Assembly (NCBI GenBank): GCA_965207735.1
Contig: OZ242296.1
Location: forward strand, 2,752,001-2,816,000
Source of the DNA: Candidatus Versatilivorator sp.
Lineage (GTDB): Bacteria > Acidobacteriota > Terriglobia > Versatilivoradales > Versatilivoraceae
Direction of reading: 5' to 3'
DNA length: 64,000 nt
Shown: positions 55,467 to 63,826 of the stretch, piece by piece
Layout of the letters: each line of letters begins with the position of its first letter
How positions within the stretch are numbered: position 1 is the stretch's first letter
Notes under the pieces: generated by a model
The model's database searches: none
The model's input: the letters and a program-made list of their open reading frames with translations, nothing else
What the model was told of the DNA's origin: nothing
Program-made: the position numbers and the translations under genes

Positions 55467-55934
55467 TTGAAAAGCCTGATGGCCTACGTCGATGGTGGAT
55501 CGCGTGGGAATCCCGGGAACGCGGGCTACGGGGTTCACATCCTGGATGGAGAGGGCAAGGTTCTGGCGAACCTTTCGGGATGCCTTGGAGTCCGCAGCAA
55601 CAACTACGCCGAGTATGCGGGTCTGATTGCGGCGCTCGACTACGCCCTCGCCAACCGGTTTGAGAAAGTGACCGTTTTTGCAGATTCGGAGCTCATGGTT
55701 CGGCAGATCGGTGGAGTCTACAAGGTCAGGAGTCCCAACCTCATTGGCTCCTTCCGGCAGGCTCGCGCCCTGATCGGCCGCCTCAAGGCATTCTCCATCC
55801 GTCACATCCCTCGCTCCCGGAACCGGGTGGCCGACCGCCTGGCCAACCGGGCCATGGACAGGCAAGCCGGCAGGACGGGCGAGTCGTCGCAGAAGCCGAG
55901 CCGGAAGGCGAAGGCCGATGCGGTGGGGGGGTGA
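55467..55934 (+). CDS. Ribonuclease HI family protein
   Basis: YVDGGSRGNPG, NNYAEY, DSELMVRQ, HIPRSRNRVADRLAN; GAGGAGG upstream of TTG. Confidence 0.92.
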   Translation: MKSLMAYVDGGSRGNPGNAGYGVHILDGEGKVLANLSGCLGVRSNNYAEYAGLIAALDYALANRFEKVTVFADSELMVRQIGGVYKVRSPNLIGSFRQARALIGRLKAFSIRHIPRSRNRVADRLANRAMDRQAGRTGESSQKPSRKAKADAVGG

Positions 55935-56205
55935 GTCGGTACCGGGGAATCCATGTTGATGGTCGCTGCAAATCACGAAGGCGCGGGGGCGGGGGCCCGG
56001 CTTGTCTGAAACAAACGAAAAAAGACTAGAGAAAAAGAGGAATCCACGAAGACACACGAAGGACGACGAAGGGCCACTAAGGCGCTGAGGTTAACCGCGA
56101 CGGGGTACCAAGATCGCGAAGGGATGGTCGATTTCTGATTGTTTCACTCTCGGATGATCCGCCCGGCAGGGCGGGGGCCTCGCTTGCCTGAAACAACCCC
56201 GCAGT

Positions 56206-57600
56206 TCAAGCGGCTGCGATTTGTGGAACTAGGTTGAAACCAAGAGACTTAGCAGCATCTTTGAGGCCCGCGAGGCGGCGTCTCCGGAACCGGTCTTCGT
56301 AGCACGCTTCCCCGATGTCGATGTAGTCCTGGCCGTAGCGCAGCATGCGGTAGACGAGAACGGCCAGCCGGCGGGCCATGGAGAAGACGGCGACGGTCCA
56401 TCCCTTGTGGCGGGCCTTGCGACGGAAGGCGGCCCCCAGAGCGGTCTTGGAGTGCTTCAGAGAGACGGCTGCCATGCGCAGGACGGCGGCGGCGCGAGTA
56501 GACCCGGTGCTGTTGGCCTTCTTGTAGTGGAGCGGCTTGCCTGCGGAGACGGCCGTTTTTGGAGCCAGGCGCAGCCAGGATACAAAGTGCTTCTCCGAGG
56601 GGAAGGCCGTCAGGTCGAGGCCGGCCTCAGTCAGCAGGGTCAGGGCCGCTTCGGTGCCGATGCCGTCGATGCGCGTCAGATCGACCCCGGCAAAGCGCCA
56701 CAGTTCGGTGCGCAGGTGGTGCCCGCCTCGGCGGCTAATCGCCTTTTCCTTGATCGCATTGGGATGCTTCGGCACGGGCTGGTCGCGGCGCTCCACCGGT
56801 TGCAGCGCTTGGATTTCCTCCAGAATGCGGGCCTCATAGGCCGCAATCTCGCGTTGAGTCATGTCGTAGAGCTTCAGCGCCGACTTGAGGTTGAACAGAT
56901 GCTCGTCGCGCCAGTTGCCCGTGAGGTGCTCGGCAAACTCCCGGCTGGACTTCTTGCACCGTCGGTCCCGCAGACCCGCCAGACGGACCGGGTCCCGTTC
57001 GCCGTCGACAATCGCCCGCACGATCGCCATCCCCGTCTGACCGGTCAGATCGGTGACCGCACGATGGATCTGGACGTTCATCTGATCCAGCGCCTTCTGC
57101 ATCCACTGCACAAAGCGGGTACTCTCGGCCCCCAGAGTGCTCAGTTGCCGGTGCAGGGTCCGAACCCGGACGATCGCCTCGTGCGGACGGAAGGATCCCC
57201 GCAGCAAGCCGCAGCTGTGCAGCAACTGGATCCACTGGCAGTCCTGCATGTCGGTCTTGCGGCCCGGAACGTAGCGCAACTGCCGGGCGTTGACCAGCAG
57301 CACCTCGATGCCGCAGGACTCCAGCAGTTCGTAGAGGGGAATCCAATACACGTTGGTGCTCTCCATCGCCACCGACTCCACCCCTTGCTCCAGCAACCAG
57401 TCGGCCAGATGCTGCAACTGCGGCATGGTGGTGCCGAAGGTGCGCACGTTCGGCTTCCCTGGGGTTACCTCCGGAGCGCACACCCAGTGCTCCCGACTCC
57501 CCAGGTCGATCCCTGCCACCTCGGGGTGGATCCGCGACAAGGCCGTCGAACGGCTGCGCTTCTTCTTCGCCTTCGTGTTGACTTTCCTGCTCTTTTGCAT
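56206..57600 (-). CDS. IS110 family DEDD recombinase/transposase
   Basis: GIDLG, MESTNVYW, KTDMQD, IDGIG, SAGK serine motif; GAGGAGG RBS. Confidence 0.96.
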   Translation of the reverse strand: MQKSRKVNTKAKKKRSRSTALSRIHPEVAGIDLGSREHWVCAPEVTPGKPNVRTFGTTMPQLQHLADWLLEQGVESVAMESTNVYWIPLYELLESCGIEVLLVNARQLRYVPGRKTDMQDCQWIQLLHSCGLLRGSFRPHEAIVRVRTLHRQLSTLGAESTRFVQWMQKALDQMNVQIHRAVTDLTGQTGMAIVRAIVDGERDPVRLAGLRDRRCKKSSREFAEHLTGNWRDEHLFNLKSALKLYDMTQREIAAYEARILEEIQALQPVERRDQPVPKHPNAIKEKAISRRGGHHLRTELWRFAGVDLTRIDGIGTEAALTLLTEAGLDLTAFPSEKHFVSWLRLAPKTAVSAGKPLHYKKANSTGSTRAAAVLRMAAVSLKHSKTALGAAFRRKARHKGWTVAVFSMARRLAVLVYRMLRYGQDYIDIGEACYEDRFRRRRLAGLKDAAKSLGFNLVPQIAAA

Positions 57601-57604
57601 GAGA

Positions 57605-57810
57605 TTGGCCTCCTCGAGAGCGAGGGCTCCGGCCCGAGTTGGCGTGGTCGTTCGGATTCTTGCCTTGAGGAGAACTTCCCGGGAAGCCTCACTAATGAAT
57701 GATGACCTGCTCGGACCCAGACTTGCCTTGGGGCACGGGGCACCAATGCTGAAACGGGGCGTAGCTGCCGGAGTCTCGCCAGGTGCTTATTCTTTCACAA
57801 TGAGCCGTTG
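57605..57810 (-). ncRNA. Candidate bridge RNA region of the IS110 element
   Basis: Non-coding end upstream of the recombinase; stem / internal loop / stem at 57610-57672 whose loop strands match the junction sequences. Confidence 0.55.
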
Positions 57811-58202
57811 TTTCACCCTCGAATGATCCGCCCCGTCGTGGGGGGCGGGGGCGGGACTTGCTTGAAACAACCGAAAAATGACAAGAGACAAAAGAAAAAG
57901 ACTTATCCACGAAGGGGCACGAAGAACGACGAAGGGGCACTAAGGCGCTGAGGTTAACCGCGACGGGGTACCAAGTTCGCGAAGGGTTGGTCGATTTCTG
58001 ATTGTTTCACTCTATGTATGATCCGCACGGCAGGGCGGGGGCTCGGCTTGCCTGAAACAAACGACAGACAAAACGACAAAAGAAAAAGACTTATCCACGA
58101 AGGGGCACGAAGAACGACGAAGGGACACTAAGGCGCTGAGGTTAACCGCGACGGGATGCCAAGGTCGCGACGGGATAGTCGATTTCCGATTGTTTCACTC
58201 TC

Positions 58203-58540
58203 CAGCCTTTTGCAATATTCAGCAGCGGGACCTTTGCCGGGAATGGCCACAAAAGGCACAAAAAACACAAAAAAGAGCAGAACACTGAAAGGCTGCAAGG
58301 CGTTGACTCCCGAACATGTCGCACAAGTTCCGCGCTATCTGCCTACATCCGGTCAACGCGACGCCATGGGGATCAACCTCGGATCGTCAAGACTCGAAAT
58401 CAAGAAATTCGTTTTGTGACTTTTGTGCTTTTTGTGGTGAACTCTCATTTTTCACCAGGTCGCACCCGATATTGGAAAAGGCAGAAGATCACGTTTACCG
58501 GCAAAATGACCTGCCCCACTGCCAATATTGCAAAACGCTC
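58203..58540. mobile_element. Non-autonomous MITE with IRs related to the IS in virB11, nested in array unit D
   Basis: Ends CAGCCTTTTGCAATATTC / CAATATTGCAAAACGCTC versus IS IR GAGCCTTTTGCAAAATTC; flanks TCTC/TTTC; removal restores the unit consensus. Confidence 0.7.
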
Positions 58541-58869
58541 TTTCGTATGATGCGCCCGGCAGGGCAGGGTCTGGGCTCGCGGGCAAACGGGAGTTTCCCA
58601 AAGGGCGCCGGTCAGCGTTCAGAGAAGCCGCCCCCCGGATACGCTCCGGCGCACCATCGGGACCCCCCCGGAGCGCATTCTCCCCTAACGGCGTGACACC
58701 AACGTCACAATATTGCAGAAGCATTCGGGCGCCGCTCGTCATTGAAGGAGCTCCATCCGTATTCGTGTGTATTCGTGTTCATTCGTGGTTCGTCTTTAGT
58801 TCCAAAACGAAAACGGCTGGCTGTTTCTCCTCTGAATGATCCGCCCCGTCGCGGGGGGCGGGGGCGGGG

Positions 58870-59709
58870 CTAGCCTGGAGATGATCGAGGTTGCTTTGAG
58901 GGCGCATCGGTCCCGCTCGGCTGGAGGAATTGCAGCGGTTTGGTTTCCAAGATCAGTTTCATTTCCCGAGCCAACCGGTAGAAGTGGCGCAACCCGTCCA
59001 GGTTTTCCTCGTCCAGCGAGTAATCGATGCACCGGGTAAGGTAGGAGTGAATCTGCTCATCGGGCAGCCCGAGTTGGAGAGACTGCTGTTGGACGATGTC
59101 GTCCAGGTGGGCTTGCCCGTAGCGGTAGGATGCCTCGAAGGGGGAACTGTCCTCCATCCCGGTTTCCGCGCGGCAGGCCCAGAAGGCAAACACAAAGGGC
59201 TTACCGGTCTCCTCGCTCCATGCTTCCGACAGATCGCAGCGGTAGAGGCCGCCGGTATCGACGGTCAGGGCGGCGTCGCCTATCAGAAGCGCTGCGTCGC
59301 GGTGGCGCAACATGGAAGCCAGTTCCGGCTCATGGGAGTAAAGGGACGGATTGAGCTGAAACTTCATCCTGAGCAATATGCGGAGGAGGACCACCGAGGT
59401 CCTTGAGGATCGATCCAGGGCGACGCTCCTGATTTGGGGCAGCGGCACTTTGCTGACTAGCAGGACGCTTCGGACCGTTCCCTTGGCTGCCACTGAAAGG
59501 TTGGGGACGATTCTGAGTTCGGGGATGCGTTGGTATTCGATGGCCGGGATCAGGCCGATGTCCACCAATCCGGCTGCTATTTTGTCGGCGCACAGCGCAG
59601 GGGGAGAGAAGTCCAGATCAAAGCGGTCTTTCGGCCGGTTGTGGATAAAGCCCCAGGACAGCGGCAGCGCATTGAGGTAGCCGACGATTGAGAGCTTGAG
59701 TTTCCTCAC
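58870..59709 (-). CDS. mqnA: Chorismate dehydratase (futalosine menaquinone pathway)
   Basis: YLNALPL, GLIPAIEY, VRSVLL, SSRTSVVL, LLIGDAAL, DLSEAW, PFVFAFW. Confidence 0.9.
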   Translation of the reverse strand: MRKLKLSIVGYLNALPLSWGFIHNRPKDRFDLDFSPPALCADKIAAGLVDIGLIPAIEYQRIPELRIVPNLSVAAKGTVRSVLLVSKVPLPQIRSVALDRSSRTSVVLLRILLRMKFQLNPSLYSHEPELASMLRHRDAALLIGDAALTVDTGGLYRCDLSEAWSEETGKPFVFAFWACRAETGMEDSSPFEASYRYGQAHLDDIVQQQSLQLGLPDEQIHSYLTRCIDYSLDEENLDGLRHFYRLAREMKLILETKPLQFLQPSGTDAPSKQPRSSPG

Positions 59710-59769
59710 CCGCGCATTCTAGCTGCTTTCAGGAACCAGGGGAAGCAGCGTTCTTGAATGGGAAACGCG

Positions 59770-59899
59770 ATGAAAATCGTTGCCGCGGGGGACCCTGCAC
59801 CGAGGGGAGGTGGGAAGCAATCGGGCCGTCGGCACGGTTCCCATGGTGGCGGGACTCAAGGACGGAAGGATCCTGGCCATCTATAGCGTGGGTCCGAAT
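59770..59899 (+). pseudogene. Frameshifted 5' fragment homologous to the Asp-box gene at 61812
   Basis: MKIVA(+1)GTLHRGEVGSNRAVGTVPMVAGLKDGRILAIY versus MKIVARGTLHQGEVGSNRAVGTFPMVLGLKDGRVLATY. Confidence 0.85.
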
Positions 59900-60225
59900 G
59901 TTCACCTTCACGCCTGTGGTTTTTCGGTCACAATCGACTCAAGGAATCGCGTACTTCGTTAAGAGCAGGGCGATCCAAGTCCCGCCAATCAGCTTTCGTT
60001 GCTACTCCAAGCGAGTGCCCGGTTGGCAATTGTTGTCAATATCAGCTAAACTGTTGGTCCCTTGATCGGGCTCAGCCCGAAAGCGGCGATCAACAGGACC
60101 TCTGTTAGTAATCCTTCCAAGGTCTCGCCTCAACCTATCCCTCTTACCCTTCACTGTTGTCTGGGTCGGAAACTACGGCCCTGCCGTACAGGGTCTGCCT
60201 GTGCGCGTACGGCGGAGAAAAAATA

Positions 60226-61566
60226 TTGCTATCTAGTTCCGTATCTACTGCTTCGAACGGTTTCGACCGGTTCGAACTCCATGAATCCCTGGTTCGCGGC
60301 ATTCGCGGAATCGGCTTCGAGAATCCCTGGCCGATCCAACAGGAGACTATTCCCGCGGGTCGCGCCGGTCGCGACGTGCTGGGCCTGGCTCAGACCGGCA
60401 CCGGCAAGACGGCGGCCTTTGCGCTGCCGCTGCTCGACCGGCTTCTCGAGGCGCGCCATCCGGACCCTCGAGCTCTGGTGCTCGCTCCCACACGGGAGCT
60501 GGCCACTCAGATCGCGGCTGAGATCCGCGCCCTGTCCAAGTTCACGCGCCTGAAGACCATTACGGTCTATGGCGGCGTTTCGACGCGCAGCCAGATCAAC
60601 TCGCTGCGCCGGCGCCCGGAAATCATAGTGGGCTGTCCGGGACGCGTGCTCGACCTGCTCGGGCAGCGAGTGCTCCGCCTCGGCCAGGTGGAAACGCTGG
60701 TCCTCGACGAGGCCGACCACATGTTCGACATGGGTTTCTTGCCCGACATTCGCAAGATTCTGGCTGCGATGCCCGAGCGGCGCCAGAACCTGCTGTTTTC
60801 GGCCACCATGCCGCGAGAGATTCGTCGACTGGCGGACGATTTGTTGACGAATCCCCACGTGGTCGAGCTGGCCGGTACAGCCCCGGTCGCCACCGTCGAT
60901 CACGGACTGTACATGGTCGGGGAGGGGCGCAAGAGAGGCCTGCTTGAGCACCTGCTCACCGGAGACGATTGCGACTCGGCCATTGTCTTCACTCGAACCA
61001 AGCACCGGGCCCGGCGATTGGCCGATCAGTTGAGCCGGGACGGACACCGGGCCGTAGGTCTTCAGGGATCCATGTCCCAGTCCCAGCGCGATCACGCCAT
61101 GTGGGGGTTCCGCACCCGTCGCTTCAATATCCTCGTGGCCACGGACATCGTGGCTCGAGGCATAGACGTGAGCGGTGTTTCCCATGTGATCAACTTCGAT
61201 GTGCCGAACACTCCGGAAGCCTACACCCACCGCCTCGGACGTACGGGCCGTGCGGAATGCGAGGGAATCGCCTGCACCTTCGTCACCGGTATCGATCACG
61301 GCTGGGTTCAGGCCACCGAACGCATGATCGGCGCACCGATCCCGCGTCGGAAGGTCGTCGGCTTTGAGCCCGACGCCGCCGAGCAGTCCCCACGCCCTCC
61401 CCGGCCCTATGGCCATAACGCGCGTGGCAGGCAGCCCGGCGGAGAGTCGCCCAATCGTGGACGTCGTTCCAATTCCTCTAGCCGCAGGCGCAGCAGCAAC
61501 CGGAAGCACGTCCCTTGGAGTGACCGCTTGACGAGTTTGATGGCCCAGGGTACCGAGTATCGCTGA
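60226..61566 (+). CDS. DEAD-box RNA helicase (RhlE-like)
   Basis: Q motif, AQTGTGKT, PTRELA, DEAD, SAT, ARGID, HRLGRTGR, basic tail; TTG 60226 after GGAG. Confidence 0.95.
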   Translation: MLSSSVSTASNGFDRFELHESLVRGIRGIGFENPWPIQQETIPAGRAGRDVLGLAQTGTGKTAAFALPLLDRLLEARHPDPRALVLAPTRELATQIAAEIRALSKFTRLKTITVYGGVSTRSQINSLRRRPEIIVGCPGRVLDLLGQRVLRLGQVETLVLDEADHMFDMGFLPDIRKILAAMPERRQNLLFSATMPREIRRLADDLLTNPHVVELAGTAPVATVDHGLYMVGEGRKRGLLEHLLTGDDCDSAIVFTRTKHRARRLADQLSRDGHRAVGLQGSMSQSQRDHAMWGFRTRRFNILVATDIVARGIDVSGVSHVINFDVPNTPEAYTHRLGRTGRAECEGIACTFVTGIDHGWVQATERMIGAPIPRRKVVGFEPDAAEQSPRPPRPYGHNARGRQPGGESPNRGRRSNSSSRRRSSNRKHVPWSDRLTSLMAQGTEYR

Positions 61567-61811
61567 CGATTCATCCGGCTCCCTCTTTCTCCTCCAAGCG
61601 TTTGCGAGCAATCGCTTCCTGCGTGGACCGGTTCTTGGGGAGACCCTCATTAACTGAGAATGCACTCTCGAAGTGGACGGTCCTTGGGGAAATTGGTCAC
61701 CTCCGCACCACGTTTTTGTGCCGCTCGGGATTGCTATTGCGTCTTCAGGGTGTTGCTGAGACACTAGCCCTGTGATGGACTATGAATGTTGGAAACCGCC
61801 GGAGGAACGCC

Positions 61812-62936
61812 ATGAAGATCGTTGCCAGAGGGACCCTGCACCAGGGGGAGGTAGGGAGCAACCGGGCCGTCGGCACCTTTCCCATGGTTTTGGGACTGAA
61901 GGACGGAAGGGTGCTGGCCACCTACAAGGCGGGCCCCAACAAGGACTCGGACCGGGCCACCGTCGAACTCTGCTGGTCGGAAGACCTGGGGCAGAGCTGG
62001 ACGGAACCGACGACCCTGGAGTCTCCCAGAATCGGGGGGAAGAAGGGCGCGCTGTGGGCGGCCTATCCCACCCAGCTCTCGTCCGGGCGCCTGGTGCTGG
62101 TCTCCATGTGGGTGGACCGGGAGACCTTCCCCGACTCCAAGCTGTTTCATCCCGAAACCGAGGGCTGCCTGCCCATGACGGTGCTGTGGTCGGAGTCGGA
62201 CGACGGCGGCCGCAGCTGGAGCCCCTGGCGGGTCATCCCCACCCCGGACGAGCTGGGGCCGCCCAGCGTGACCAGTCCCCTGATGGAGCTGGCCGGCGGC
62301 AGGCTGGCATTGAGCGTGGAGACCAACAAGCCCTACCTGGACGCCTCCAAGTGGTATCAGCGGGTGGTCTATCTCTATTCAGAGGATGAGGGGCGGTCCT
62401 GGAGCGCCCCCCACACGGTGAGCCAGGACCCGACCGGCAGGATGTTCAATTGGGACCAGCGGGCGGGAGTGGCCCCCGACGGCCGCATCGTCACCTTCAC
62501 CTGGTATTTCGACAGCCAGGAGGGAACCTACCTCAACATCCGGCGCCGCATCAGCCGGGACGAAGGACGGAGCTGGACCGAACCCAAGGACCTGGGCTTC
62601 ACCGACCAGGCGGCTACGCCCGCCATCCTGCCCGACGGCAGAACGGTGCTGGCCTGGGTGGACCGGTTCGGCACCCAATCCATCCGGGCACGGCTGGCGC
62701 CCGCCATTGACGCCGCTCTCCCAGCCGAGACCGAGATCGTCATCTACGACCACGCCGCCGTCCTCAGAAGCCGCCCCTCCGCCGGGGTGAACATGGCCGA
62801 CACCCTGGAAGTCATGAGCGACTGGAGCTACGGCCTGCCTTACGCCACCGTCTTGTCCAACGGGGAGGTGCTGCTGGTCTACTATGCGGGGCTCACGGAA
62901 CAGATGGACGTGAAGTGGGTCCGCTTGTCCTGTTGA
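61812..62936 (+). CDS. Sialidase-like / BNR Asp-box beta-propeller protein
   Basis: Four Asp boxes (SEDLGQSW, SDDGGRSW, SEDEGRSW, SRDEGRSW), YGLP..LVYY; GGAGG RBS. Confidence 0.82.
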   Translation: MKIVARGTLHQGEVGSNRAVGTFPMVLGLKDGRVLATYKAGPNKDSDRATVELCWSEDLGQSWTEPTTLESPRIGGKKGALWAAYPTQLSSGRLVLVSMWVDRETFPDSKLFHPETEGCLPMTVLWSESDDGGRSWSPWRVIPTPDELGPPSVTSPLMELAGGRLALSVETNKPYLDASKWYQRVVYLYSEDEGRSWSAPHTVSQDPTGRMFNWDQRAGVAPDGRIVTFTWYFDSQEGTYLNIRRRISRDEGRSWTEPKDLGFTDQAATPAILPDGRTVLAWVDRFGTQSIRARLAPAIDAALPAETEIVIYDHAAVLRSRPSAGVNMADTLEVMSDWSYGLPYATVLSNGEVLLVYYAGLTEQMDVKWVRLSC

Positions 62937-63066
62937 GAATCGTCACCAGCGCCGGCGGGCGGAAGTGGCTCCAAGTAGGATGAAGGAATCATCTTGTCCA
63001 CAGTGGCACAGGGTAGACGAGTTGTCGACAAGGAGCTTATTGTAGAAAATAGCTATTGTAGCTATA

Positions 63067-63327
63067 ATGGCCCTAATGAGAGAAATTACTGCCAGAGACG
63101 CCAAGAATCGCTTCGGCCTTCTGCTCGACACCGCCCAGGGCGGGCCCGTGCGTGTGACCAAGAAAGGTAGAGCGGTTGGCGTGATGATGTCGATGCAGCA
63201 CTATGAACGGCTTCGTGGAGCTGCTTGGGAGCGTCTGACGGCAACGATGGACGCCTTGGGCCAACAAGCGTCCGCCAATGGCTTGACGGAATCCGGCCTC
63301 GAAACATTGCTGGCCGATGAAAGCTAA
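63067..63327 (+). CDS. Phd/YefM family antitoxin
   Basis: ITARDAKNRFGLLLDTAQGGPVRVTKKGRAVGV. Confidence 0.9.
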   Translation: MALMREITARDAKNRFGLLLDTAQGGPVRVTKKGRAVGVMMSMQHYERLRGAAWERLTATMDALGQQASANGLTESGLETLLADES

Positions 63328-63739
63328 GCGTGTCGTTCTAGACACGAACGTTCTGATCAGCGCCGCACTTCGACAGAAAGGCACTCCGCGTGCTGTTGTT
63401 AATGCGGTGCGGGCGGAGAATGGAGTACTGTTGTTCTCCGACGAGACGTTCGAGGAGCTTCGCAGCCGTCTCCATCGCCCGAAGTTCGACGGCTACGTCG
63501 ACCGGGAAGGCCGAGCCGTTTACCTCGCCCTACTTGAGCCCGTCTCGGAATGGGTATCGATATCAGGTGTCAAGCTGGGGTGTCGCGATCCGGATGATGA
63601 CAAGCTTCTTGAGACGGCGCTGATGGGAGAAGCAGATTGTCTGGTTACGGGAGACCAGGATCTTCTGGAGATGTCCTTGTTCCACAACATTCCGATTCTG
63701 ACACCGGAGGCCTTCTTGGATCTCTGGAGGCTCCGGTAA
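63317..63739 (+). CDS. PIN-family putative toxin
   Basis: RVVLDTNVLISA, CRDPDDDKLLETA, LVTGDQDLL. Confidence 0.9.
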   Translation: MKAKRVVLDTNVLISAALRQKGTPRAVVNAVRAENGVLLFSDETFEELRSRLHRPKFDGYVDREGRAVYLALLEPVSEWVSISGVKLGCRDPDDDKLLETALMGEADCLVTGDQDLLEMSLFHNIPILTPEAFLDLWRLR

Positions 63740-63826
63740 CGGCTCTTGGGCACAACAGAGAACATGGGGGCGAGAGATATCGGCCATCGGACTTGCTTGT
63801 GGGCCCGCTTGTCCTGTTGAGAATCG

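Larger units (their letters stand above)
56183..57858 (-). mobile_element. IS110 family element with sub-terminal IRs and a ~250-bp non-coding left end
   Basis: TGAAACAA 56189 / TTGTTTCA 57808-57815; CT core at both junctions; exact left boundary is model-dependent (57820 or 57858). Confidence 0.85.
56001..58871 (-). repeat. Head-to-tail array of IS110-related units: MITE-like A (56001-56182), IS110 (56183-57856), C (57857-58046), D (58047-58575), degenerate E (58576-58869)
   Basis: A, IS, C and D read (+) CTTG..TGAAACAA...TTGTTTCA..ATGAT[CG]CGC..GGGC[GA]GGG and E is a degenerate version; A, C and D interiors are highly similar. Confidence 0.85.

Noticed and set aside
55935-56000. RNase P RNA after the zinc-ribbon/RNase H genes
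   Set aside because: No GAGGAAAGTCC-type conserved motif found
56001-58871. CRISPR array
   Set aside because: Units are ~180-190 bp or longer, interiors are mostly repeated rather than unique, one contains a transposase, and no cas genes are present
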